The notes: generated by a model from the letters alone, not told the origin. Shown: positions 25,499-32,660, counted from the stretch's first letter. The stretch is 42,459 nucleotides of DNA from a virus (IMGVR_UViG_3300014879_000002:1-42459), one strand, 5' to 3'. Made by a program: numbers and translations.

Positions 25499-26308
25499 AT
25501 GCCAAAAAATTCTATTGACGAATTATTCAGGCTGAAGATATTAATTATTGACATTGAAACTGCCCCCATTTTAGGGTTTGTTTGGGACGTATGGAACCAG
25601 AATATAAATCCGGCTCAGGTAATTTCTGAATGGTTTTGCTTAACGTGGTCAGCTAAATGGCTCTTTGAAAACAAGGTTTATTCCGGGCGGCTCACAGGCA
25701 AGGAGGCGTTAAGGCAGGACGACAAAAGAATAATGAAAGGCATCTGGGCTTTATTAAATGAAGCCGATGTAGTCATTGCTCACAACGGGGACAAATTCGA
25801 CCTTCCCCGCCTTAACACAAGGTTTATAGTTCACAAGTTAGACCCTCCCCTCCCGTATCAATCCATAGACACTTTAAAGACCATCAGGAAGCAGTTTGCC
25901 TTCTCGCATAACAAACTGGACTTCGTGAATCAGATCCTCAATTTGCCCCGTAAACAGCCTAATGACGGTCAGGAAATGTGGAACAAATGTTATCAAGGGG
26001 ATGAGAAAGCTCTTAAAGAAATGGAGAAATATAACATCCAGGACGTTCGAATATTAGAAGACACTTATTTAAGGCTCCGCCCCTGGATTAAGCCACACCC
26101 TAATATTGGGCTTTTTATACTTGACGAACACAATCACCGGTGTCCTTCGTGCGGGTCCAAAGAGTTGAAGGAAGAGGGGAAGTTATATTATACCACAGTA
26201 AACGCTTATGAGCAATTCAGGTGTAAGTGCGGGGCTGTGGGGAGGAAAAGAAAATCAGCTTTAACAATTGATCAACGACGGTTCATATTATCTAGTTCGC
26301 CAAAATAA
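25499..26308 (+). CDS. RNase-H-fold 3'-5' exonuclease (DnaQ / PolB-exo-like) with a C-terminal zinc ribbon
   Basis: 'ILIIDIETAP' (Exo I D-x-E) and 'AHNGDKFDLPRLNTRF' (Exo II/III-like). C-terminal 'HRCPSCGS...FRCKCG' provides four Cys. Confidence 0.7.
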   Translation: MPKNSIDELFRLKILIIDIETAPILGFVWDVWNQNINPAQVISEWFCLTWSAKWLFENKVYSGRLTGKEALRQDDKRIMKGIWALLNEADVVIAHNGDKFDLPRLNTRFIVHKLDPPLPYQSIDTLKTIRKQFAFSHNKLDFVNQILNLPRKQPNDGQEMWNKCYQGDEKALKEMEKYNIQDVRILEDTYLRLRPWIKPHPNIGLFILDEHNHRCPSCGSKELKEEGKLYYTTVNAYEQFRCKCGAVGRKRKSALTIDQRRFILSSSPK

Positions 26309-26312
26309 TTTT

Positions 26313-26537
26313 ATGAATAAAATGAGTAAGAAAGCAAGTGAATTTATTAGTAAAAACTTTGTGATCTATCAGGAAAAGCCGGAAAATGCATTTACGGTTG
26401 AGGATGTGGCTAAACAAACAGGGCTTTCGCTGAGCCAGGCAAGCAGTAGGCTTAATGAAATGGCAAGGGTAGGTAAAGTAAAATCAGGGAAATTCAAACG
26501 AAATGGTAAAGTACTTAATTATTATATTCCTTCTTAG
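26313..26537 (+). CDS. Small winged-helix/HTH DNA-binding protein (74 aa from ATG 26313)
   Basis: 'FTVEDVAKQTGLSLSQASSRLNEMARVGKVKS' is HTH-like. The track start at 26268 is non-ATG and overlaps the previous gene. Confidence 0.55.
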   Translation: MNKMSKKASEFISKNFVIYQEKPENAFTVEDVAKQTGLSLSQASSRLNEMARVGKVKSGKFKRNGKVLNYYIPS

Positions 26538-26748
26538 CTGTGCTATTGAAAGATCAATCCAGGTTGATATGGTTATTGCAGAAATAATTGCAATGGAGCC
26601 GTATTATAGAAATAGCGAGGAAGCTGGGTGTAAAATAACATGGAGAGATACTTATAATAACGTAAAGTACACTTCATTTAGTCATGCCCCTGAATATTGT
26701 GATAATTATATAGTCGGAGTTAGATATAGACTTTTAATTCATAAATAA
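26503..26748 (+). CDS. Small putative lipoprotein (81 aa)
   Basis: N-terminus 'MVKYLIIIFLLSCAI' has a hydrophobic leader plus a lipobox-like LLSC. Confidence 0.5.
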   Translation: MVKYLIIIFLLSCAIERSIQVDMVIAEIIAMEPYYRNSEEAGCKITWRDTYNNVKYTSFSHAPEYCDNYIVGVRYRLLIHK

Positions 26749-26948
26749 TGCCTATAAGTATAAAAACAGATTTGGAGTGGGGTGAGATATTTTACATCAA
26801 AACAGACCCTGAACAGATACCGGGAATGTTAGTGGGGATTGTTTATTTGCCTGGCAAGGTTTTAAAGTTCAGATTAAGCTACGAAGGTGAGGTGTTTGAG
26901 GTTTACGATTTTGAGGTTTCTAAAGAAAAAGATATACTAAAAGATTAA
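26748..26948 (+). CDS. Hypothetical protein (66 aa)
   Basis: The ATG overlaps the previous stop (TAATG). Confidence 0.5.
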   Translation: MPISIKTDLEWGEIFYIKTDPEQIPGMLVGIVYLPGKVLKFRLSYEGEVFEVYDFEVSKEKDILKD

Positions 26949-26951
26949 ACT

Positions 26952-27134
26952 ATGAAAATAACTGCGTTAGCATTAATATTAATCCTTTTATTACCACTCG
27001 GGTTAAGCTCCCAAAGGGTCCCCGACGGCAATGTCGTAGAAATTAAAATATCTATTCAAATATCTAAATCCGTAAGCTGTGGCGAATATATTGAAATTCC
27101 TTATTCTGTGTTTAGTCCTACTAAGCTGCAGTAA
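26952..27134 (+). CDS. Small exported protein (60 aa)
   Basis: 'MKITALALILILLLPLGLSS|QRVP' is a signal peptide with Gln at +1. Its 3' end overlaps the next ORF by 56 nt. Confidence 0.45.
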   Translation: MKITALALILILLLPLGLSSQRVPDGNVVEIKISIQISKSVSCGEYIEIPYSVFSPTKLQ

Positions 27135-27381
27135 GGCTCCGTGTGGGATTAAGGTTCCTGTGATTTTTACTTGCGAAAATCCTGGAGATTTGAAATCTAT
27201 TAATCTTAACTTTTATCAAGGAGATAGAGTGATCTTAGCTGATATTATTCACGGTTATGATTTCACTAATGGTAAATTTTCCCTTACTTATTACTTTTTA
27301 GATACAAACCCCGACCGTTTGGTCTGGACTGTGTACGATCAGGGGTGGAACCCAAAAGTTTTTGAGACTGCGATAAGGTAA
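27079..27381 (+). CDS. Small putative lipoprotein (100 aa, GTG start)
   Basis: 'MANILKFLILCLVLLSCSKA' has a lipobox-like LLSC. It is the last gene of the rightward block and converges on and overlaps the leftward gene 27284..27799 by 98 nt. Confidence 0.45.
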   Translation: MANILKFLILCLVLLSCSKAPCGIKVPVIFTCENPGDLKSINLNFYQGDRVILADIIHGYDFTNGKFSLTYYFLDTNPDRLVWTVYDQGWNPKVFETAIR

Positions 27382-27799
27382 GCTTCTCAATTATCCGGCA
27401 TGTGTGTGCGGATCTGGGTGGACCTATTAGCCAGTCTTCATGCTCCCATTCCTGGAAAAATTCGCCTTTCATTATTTCGGTTTTTGGGGCTGAAACTACT
27501 TTGGAGTTAAAACACTTAAGACCCATTCGTAACGCTTTATGTTGGACGAACGCATAAGATACCCCGGCTAGTTTAGCTATCTCGTATATGGGCTTTTGTT
27601 TGTGATGCTCTATGATTAGACTTTCGACAAGATTCTTTTTTTCTAACCATTCCGGCATTTCTAAATCAATGCCTTCCTTTGTGGCGTATCGCCAGACGGT
27701 ATTTATGTGAATGTCTAAATCTATAGAAATTTCTTTGGCTGTTTTTTTGCCAGCCCATTTTTTCAAATAGCTTACTAAATCAACTTTTAATACTTTCAT
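27284..27799 (-). CDS. DNA-binding protein with two HTH motifs (171 aa)
   Basis: 'KTAKEISIDLDIHINTVWRYATKEG' and 'PIYEIAKLAGVSYAFVQHKALRMG'. Last gene of the leftward block. Confidence 0.6.
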   Translation of the reverse strand: MKVLKVDLVSYLKKWAGKKTAKEISIDLDIHINTVWRYATKEGIDLEMPEWLEKKNLVESLIIEHHKQKPIYEIAKLAGVSYAFVQHKALRMGLKCFNSKVVSAPKTEIMKGEFFQEWEHEDWLIGPPRSAHTCRIIEKLTLSQSQKLLGSTPDRTQSRPNGRGLYLKSNK

Positions 27800-28116
27800 G
27801 GCGTTTGGTTAGGTTGTTCGTCGAGCCATTCTATTTCTTCTATGGGATATTTCTCTTTTAACTCTCCAACAATAAACATTCCACAGCTATCATAGATACC
27901 ATAATTCGGTTCAGACATCCACTTTAGGTTAAGACGTTTATTCTGCTCTGGCAATCTTTCACTTGCTTTCACCCAAGATGGGGCAAGCTGTTGTTGAGCG
28001 TGTTCTTCCATTGCTTTAAGAATTGAAATATAAATCAACGGATATTTATTCCATAACCCATCACCGCTGCCAATAACATGGCAATGATCTTCTAATATTT
28101 CCTCTTTACTTTTCAT
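27796..28116 (-). CDS. Hypothetical protein (106 aa), DUF551-like
   Basis: 'WVKASERLPEQNKRLNLKW...EIEWLDE' resembles DUF551 phage proteins. ATGA coupling to the downstream gene. Confidence 0.5.
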   Translation of the reverse strand: MKSKEEILEDHCHVIGSGDGLWNKYPLIYISILKAMEEHAQQQLAPSWVKASERLPEQNKRLNLKWMSEPNYGIYDSCGMFIVGELKEKYPIEEIEWLDEQPNQTP

Positions 28117-28129
28117 GTTGATAGTTGTT

Positions 28130-28252
28130 TCATTTCTTTTTTAATTTCTCCTGCCATCGTGAAATAGACTCCCAATGGGTAATTTTTTCTCTTTTAATTT
28201 CATAACCAAAAAACTTCAAGATACTACGTAGTATAATATGAATTAGTTTCAT
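28130..28252 (-). CDS. Very small hypothetical ORF (40 aa; below the track cutoff)
   Basis: The ATG overlaps the upstream stop in an ATGA arrangement. Sequence 'MKLIHIILRSILKFFGYEIKREKITHWESISRWQEKLKKK'. Fills an otherwise empty 132-nt gap. Confidence 0.3.
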   Translation of the reverse strand: MKLIHIILRSILKFFGYEIKREKITHWESISRWQEKLKKK

Positions 28253-28506
28253 GGGTATAAACTTTCATAAGTGTAAATTGCCTGGCACAGAGAAATTCTC
28301 TTCCATTGTTCCCCTTCGGTCATATTCCAGTATTTTTCTTTTTCATCATAAGTTAAATCGCTTAAAGGAACTAAATCTTTATTTCTTACCAGTTCAACAT
28401 AAAGCAGCTGTAATGGAATCCAGTATGCTGAACTTCTTAAAATATCACTTATTGGATCAGGTGAACTTTGTAACAGGGATAAGGTGAGGTCAAAGGGGAT
28501 CATCAT
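28249..28506 (-). CDS. Hypothetical protein (85 aa)
   Basis: ATG ORF co-oriented with the leftward operon. Confidence 0.55.
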   Translation of the reverse strand: MMIPFDLTLSLLQSSPDPISDILRSSAYWIPLQLLYVELVRNKDLVPLSDLTYDEKEKYWNMTEGEQWKRISLCQAIYTYESLYP

Positions 28507-28525
28507 AAGGGAATTATACTTTTAA

Positions 28526-29047
28526 TTACTGCGTTAGCTTTTGCCTTACTTCAAAAACCTTACTGAACGTAAACCCTGAGTCCACATACCCCTGTATGGT
28601 CAACTGAACGCACGCACACCTGCACAAAAATTTATCTTCACCATAGGCTCCCTGGATGTCACTAACCTCCATTTTCGAGAAAGGCTTTAATAGTTTTTGT
28701 GTTTTTAGGAAGTCGTAATATTTACCAAACTCCCTGAACGGAACCGAAGTTGGATGCTGAGAATATTTCTCTAGTAATTCGTCTAATTCTCTGACCTCCT
28801 TAATACTGCTTTTTTCTTCCATTTTGGGCTTAATTATAATATTTGACTTTTTATTAAAACCGTTGTTAACCCACCTATGAAGTCTGCGGGATAAATCCCA
28901 TGTCTTTTCCATCTCGAACCTCATTTTCTTTCCTCCTGGAGTTGGTTCTGTCCAGTACTCAATAAATTCTTTTCTTATTTCGTAAGGAAAAGAAATCATC
29001 CTGTTCGCTTTATCCATGAAATCCCTTTCCCGTTCTTCTATATTCAT
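28526..29047 (-). CDS. Conserved-looking early hypothetical protein (173 aa)
   Basis: 'FIEYWTEPTPGGKKMRFEMEKTWDLSRRLHRWVNNGF' is an N-terminal motif seen in phage and mobile-element proteins of unknown role. I could not assign a function. Confidence 0.6.
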   Translation of the reverse strand: MNIEERERDFMDKANRMISFPYEIRKEFIEYWTEPTPGGKKMRFEMEKTWDLSRRLHRWVNNGFNKKSNIIIKPKMEEKSSIKEVRELDELLEKYSQHPTSVPFREFGKYYDFLKTQKLLKPFSKMEVSDIQGAYGEDKFLCRCACVQLTIQGYVDSGFTFSKVFEVRQKLTQ

Positions 29048-29436
29048 AAGGTATTTTTCAGTAAATCCGTAACCAACTAAAAACTTTATATTAAACTCAA
29101 AAAATTATAGGAAGGCCCCGCCGACCAAAAACGACTCTTTTAGATTAATATAAAAACTTGGTGCTTTGCCGTCCGCCATGGCTTTGCCAACCCCTTCACC
29201 TACACAGCATTTACCGGAATCATTACCGGCTATTCCCCCTCCGTTTTAGCCTGACAATAAAGGCAAGTCAGGTGATCACGTAATTATGCAATGCTGCCCA
29301 AAGACCTTGTTTAAATATCAGTTTCGCAACTATCGGGGACATTTCAGAAACTATGTTTGATCCGTCTCCTATAACCCAACTTCTGGGCTGCTGTAATCTT
29401 GCCAGATCCCGAGGCAGCCGTGCTGTTTCCAGGTTG

Positions 29437-29796
29437 CTATTTATAAATCCTAATAATTTGCTCTAATTCAAACCTTGTCCACTTTTTCATCGGCTTAACA
29501 TTTTCCAGCCACAACACTTTTTCTTCTCCATACCGGCTAACAAGTCCCTTCCTGTATTCAATAAGGTTGCCGTGCTTGTGGTAGTTGCAGGGCAAGCATT
29601 GCCCCTGGCAATTCATTTCGTTAAACCTTAAAGAACTAAAATTACCTTGCGCCCTGTAGTGCCCGGCATGATGAATCTCACCACCACACGAAACACACCC
29701 TTTATCCTTGTCCCTATTCCTGATCCATTTATTAAAAACAATCTGAGCTTTTTTAAGTAGTTTCGGTAGGGTAATGGATTTTTTTGTTTTAATCAT
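29437..29796 (-). CDS. ninG: NinG/Rap-like recombination endonuclease (119 aa from ATG 29796)
   Basis: 'KGCVSCGGEIHHAGHYRAQGNFSSLRFNEMNCQGQCLPCNYHKHGNLIEYRKGLVSRYGEEKV' matches the lambda NinG Cys/His pattern. The ATG at 29796 forms an ATGA overlap with the upstream stop. Confidence 0.7.
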   Translation of the reverse strand: MIKTKKSITLPKLLKKAQIVFNKWIRNRDKDKGCVSCGGEIHHAGHYRAQGNFSSLRFNEMNCQGQCLPCNYHKHGNLIEYRKGLVSRYGEEKVLWLENVKPMKKWTRFELEQIIRIYK

Positions 29797-30362
29797 GCTC
29801 TCTCCTCTTTTAATAATCCCCATTGTTCAGCCATTGCCTGCGCTATCCCGGGGAAAGTTTTAGACCTCAGTTTCCCTCTGTCCGGGCCGGGTGCCATTTT
29901 CCAAACCTTTCCTTCTCTCCCATCAACTATATTTGTAGGAACCAAAAGAGGCAAATCTTTAAGCCATAAACAAGTTGCTTTTGTTTCTCCGTGTCCGAAT
30001 TGCCAGGGCTGTATGATCTGATCCGGCTTTCGGTAAATAGTGGACATTATGCCTATCGGGTTTTCAACACAATCGCACAATTCAACCATTTCTAAAAAAA
30101 ACTCAATACCTTTTTGCTGTCTGCCGTCCTTCCTTTTTTCTTCAAACCATCTCGCCCCACTCACAGCCAAATGATCACAAGGGGGAAAGCCTATTTTTAA
30201 ATCCCAATCACCTTTAAGAACTTCTAAGCAATCTCCGATTATATGCCACTCAGGGTGTCCCCCGGAACAATCCTGTAAATCGCAGGAATAAGCTTCATGG
30301 CCTAAATCCCTAAAGGCTTTTGTAACAACCTGACTTTCCTCACAAGCGACTAATACTTTCAT
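29793..30362 (-). CDS. Miniature C5-cytosine-methyltransferase-like protein (189 aa from ATG 30362) lacking a canonical motif I and a target-recognition domain
   Basis: 'GFPPCDHLAVSG' resembles motif IV (PCQxFSxAG) and 'VENPIG' resembles motif VI (ENV). The N-terminus 'MKVLVACEESQ' stands where FxGxG would be. The ATG at 30362 forms an ATGA overlap with the upstream gene. Confidence 0.55.
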   Translation of the reverse strand: MKVLVACEESQVVTKAFRDLGHEAYSCDLQDCSGGHPEWHIIGDCLEVLKGDWDLKIGFPPCDHLAVSGARWFEEKRKDGRQQKGIEFFLEMVELCDCVENPIGIMSTIYRKPDQIIQPWQFGHGETKATCLWLKDLPLLVPTNIVDGREGKVWKMAPGPDRGKLRSKTFPGIAQAMAEQWGLLKEERA

Positions 30363-30781
30363 ACTATCTCCATTTGCTGTCCAGGGTCCGGGATCACAAT
30401 ATTTAAAAACTGCGCCGCCCAAATCTGAATCTTTTCTATATACTCGGAAAACTGTTCTTTGTTTAATCCTGTGGTTGTTTTGGGTATCGTTATAAATTCG
30501 CCGGTTTCGTCGTTCACAATTTCCAAATAGTTAAACTTTCCTTTCAAAAAATCATGTGTTTCTTCTTTGGTTAGTTGATGGCCGTAATCCTTAAAAGCGT
30601 TCTGAAGGACAGGAACCACGATCCCGAAATAATACCTATTTTGTTCGTTACTCCTTTTGTCGGCTTTCTCAACTTCAAGGGTGTATCTTCCGTCCTTTAA
30701 TTCTGCGAACAGTTTTTTTACCTGAGACTTGTTTTGAATCTCCCCGTTTCGTATAGTAAGTAAACACCAATTCTTACTCAT
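30359..30781 (-). CDS. ninB: NinB/Orf-like recombination mediator (140 aa)
   Basis: 'KRSNEQNRYYFGIVVPVLQ...TTTGLNKEQFSEYIEKIQIWAAQ' parallels lambda NinB 'RSLDQNRKLWACLGDV...STSRMRVGEFAELLELIQAFG'. Confidence 0.6.
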   Translation of the reverse strand: MSKNWCLLTIRNGEIQNKSQVKKLFAELKDGRYTLEVEKADKRSNEQNRYYFGIVVPVLQNAFKDYGHQLTKEETHDFLKGKFNYLEIVNDETGEFITIPKTTTGLNKEQFSEYIEKIQIWAAQFLNIVIPDPGQQMEIV

Positions 30782-31037
30782 TCCCTGCGGCTTTTTTACA
30801 TGCTATATTCAATTCCCGTACTTTAAGTAGCTCACCATTCTTCAGTCTTTCAAGTGGCGAAAGCTGACGGTCAAGTAAAGTTTTATGTAATTCGTTCCAT
30901 TCAGCCTCACTTATTGATGGTAGTCTGTATTCGATCTCTTCGATCTGTTCAGGAGACAGGGAGGCTGTTCTCATTAAATATTGAGCCTCTTGTATCATTT
31001 CCTGTTCCATTATAAATATGTCTTTTGCTGTTATCAT
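30774..31037 (-). CDS. Hypothetical acidic early protein (87 aa)
   Basis: ATG ORF with overlaps at both ends, typical of the operon. Confidence 0.55.
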   Translation of the reverse strand: MITAKDIFIMEQEMIQEAQYLMRTASLSPEQIEEIEYRLPSISEAEWNELHKTLLDRQLSPLERLKNGELLKVRELNIACKKAAGNE

Positions 31038-31591
31038 ACTTTTGAAATAAACATTTCAAACTCTTCAATCCATTCCAAAGCAAGCTTACTAAATTGTGAA
31101 TTTCTTGGTTTATCGCCGATTTTAATTCCCAAAAAGAATCGCTCAATGGGCCGTGATGAATCTCTGCAATCCATAATTTTTTTTATTACTTCCTTCTCTT
31201 GTTTGCCATTAGTAATTTTTGCCCCCTTTATTAATGTTCCTGATAAACAAGCACACTCCCCCTCGTATGTTGATCCATCTATATTACCGTCAATTATATT
31301 TTGTTTTAAAAATTTTAATTCGGGAAGTGAATTTAGGAGGACATAAAACATATCTGCTTTTATTACCGATAAGTTCGCCCCCGATAAGTCCGCCTCCCAT
31401 AAGTTCGCCTTCGATAAGTTCGCCCATGATAAGTTCGCCTTCGATAAGTCCGCCTCCGATAAGTCCGCCCATGATAAGTTCGCCCCCGATTTTATAGCTT
31501 CCGCAACAGTATGTTTTATGGTGTTATTTTCTTTTTCATACTCAAAAAGTATTTTTGACGTAAATTTGTTTTTTATTTCAATTACTGACAT
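31034..31591 (-). CDS. Pentapeptide-repeat protein (185 aa)
   Basis: 'GANLSWADLSEADLSKANLSWANLSKANLWEADLSGANLS' is eight consecutive A(D/N)LSx pentapeptides, followed by a ~100-aa Cys-containing C-terminal domain. Confidence 0.85.
   Translation of the reverse strand: MSVIEIKNKFTSKILFEYEKENNTIKHTVAEAIKSGANLSWADLSEADLSKANLSWANLSKANLWEADLSGANLSVIKADMFYVLLNSLPELKFLKQNIIDGNIDGSTYEGECACLSGTLIKGAKITNGKQEKEVIKKIMDCRDSSRPIERFFLGIKIGDKPRNSQFSKLALEWIEEFEMFISKV
31368..31487. repeat. Eight tandem 15-bp units (GATAAGTYCGCCNNN) encoding the pentapeptide repeats
   Basis: Read directly. The units are near-identical at DNA level, and several are exact duplicates of each other. Confidence 0.9.
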
Positions 31592-31608
31592 ATATTTTGA
31601 TTTATTAA

Positions 31609-32232
31609 TTAGAAAGGAAGGTCGTCTAAGGGTTCAGTAATTTCGTTTGCGTAAGACCTTTCAGCAGGGTTCTTTAATGCCTTATACTCATCAGACCCCT
31701 GCATTTTGACTTTAATGAAATCCGGAAGAGAATTGAACTTTACTTCATCCCATTCATCATAACTCAAAACAAATAATTTATTCATTGCTTTAGGAACCTG
31801 GACACCTTTTGGAATCGCTGTGATACCGGCAATATTGTCGTAAACCCTCAATCCATCTGATGATGGGCGGTGAATGATGTTTAACATACACGCAGCACCT
31901 AAGAGTTTCGTAATATCAAATGCTTTGGCTTCATCTTCGGTGAAGTCTTTGCCACGCCAGCTTTTTAAATCCTTCCGTAAATTGCTTTTCTCATTCATTG
32001 ATAAAGTGTACTCTTTGCTTATGGCTAAAGGCTGTTCACCTTTTGACGGGTCGAAAATCTTTAGTTCGGTGGGCAGCTCCCACCCTATTCTCACTTTATG
32101 TAACGTTTTTTGTTTACCCATAATAAACTCGGTTACTGTTCCGATTTCGATCATTTGATAACACCGGGCGATGTAATTCCCTGCTGGAATTGGGTCCCGT
32201 GTTGTCCCGGTTGATGTTGCTGTAATTGGCAT
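31609..32232 (-). CDS. ssb: Phage single-stranded DNA-binding protein (207 aa)
   Basis: The C-terminal acidic tip '...EPLDDLPF' is equivalent to the bacterial SSB 'DDDIPF' interaction tail. The N-terminal 'PIPAGNYIARCYQMIEIGT' is of the kind seen in DUF669-like phage SSBs. Confidence 0.6.
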   Translation of the reverse strand: MPITATSTGTTRDPIPAGNYIARCYQMIEIGTVTEFIMGKQKTLHKVRIGWELPTELKIFDPSKGEQPLAISKEYTLSMNEKSNLRKDLKSWRGKDFTEDEAKAFDITKLLGAACMLNIIHRPSSDGLRVYDNIAGITAIPKGVQVPKAMNKLFVLSYDEWDEVKFNSLPDFIKVKMQGSDEYKALKNPAERSYANEITEPLDDLPF

Positions 32233-32366
32233 ATAGTTAATTTTAATTCTTTATCGAGATATATATAAAGACAATCTTCCTTACATTCTGTACAAACCCC
32301 GCAGCCGTTTATTTCAGCGTATCGCTGTGACCAGGGAGTAGAACCGCAACAATCTGATACTAGCAT
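32151..32366 (-). CDS. Small Cys-rich hypothetical protein (71 aa)
   Basis: 'CCGSTPW...CGVCTECKEDC' is zinc-ribbon-like. It overlaps the SSB start by 82 nt in another frame, so the extent is uncertain. Confidence 0.3.
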   Translation of the reverse strand: MLVSDCCGSTPWSQRYAEINGCGVCTECKEDCLYIYLDKELKLTICQLQQHQPGQHGTQFQQGITSPGVIK

Positions 32367-32379
32367 AATTTTTAAAATT

Positions 32380-32403
32380 GGTCCCGATAATTAAACCGGG
32401 ACC
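32380..32403 (-). promoter_or_regulatory. Perfect 7-bp GC-rich stem-loop (GGTCCCG-N10-CGGGACC) 14 nt upstream of the ATG at 32366
   Basis: Read directly. On the minus strand it is followed by AATTTTAAAAATT. It could be a weak terminator or a 5'-UTR structure. Confidence 0.35.
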
Positions 32404-32570
32404 GTTTATCCACCAATCCTCTCCACCAAGAGCAAATTCTTAAAAAGTGGGTGAGAGTTTCCCGGCTCCCACCCTATACTTACAATCCAGAACTTTCTAA
32501 TTAAAGGGAGAAAGTAGAAACAATCTCCCGTCGATGCTTGCCTATGAAAAAAACCAATAAAGAACTTTTT

Positions 32571-32596
32571 AAAAGTCAGGGGTAGAAACCCCCGAC
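32571..32596 (-). terminator. Intrinsic terminator of the first leftward transcription unit
   Basis: The minus strand reads GTCGGGGG-TTTCTA-CCCCTGAC (8 bp including one G-U) followed by TTTTAAAAAG. It starts 65 nt downstream of the stop at 32661. Confidence 0.55.
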
Positions 32597-32660
32597 GCCT
32601 TAGTAAACCAACAAAAACAACTGTTTCAAAGAATACGTTTATGTTTGGTTTTTCTTAATC

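Noticed and set aside
28251-28487. Plus-strand 78-aa ORF mirroring the minus-strand 85-aa ORF.
   Set aside because: The minus-strand version is co-oriented and ATGA-coupled with the leftward operon. The plus-strand product is low-complexity and isolated.
29048-29436. A tRNA gene in the ORF-free GC-rich segment (also considered for 32367-32660).
   Set aside because: I could find no cloverleaf. There is no T-arm GTTCRANYC-type box and no 5-bp stem with a 7-nt anticodon loop. A proper tRNAscan run is still advisable.
31219-31497. Plus-strand ORF encoding a Ser/Pro-rich repeat ('ISSPPISPPPISSPSISSP...').
   Set aside because: It is the antisense shadow of the pentapeptide-repeat coding DNA. The minus-strand reading gives a canonical A(D/N)LSx protein in register with the surrounding leftward operon.
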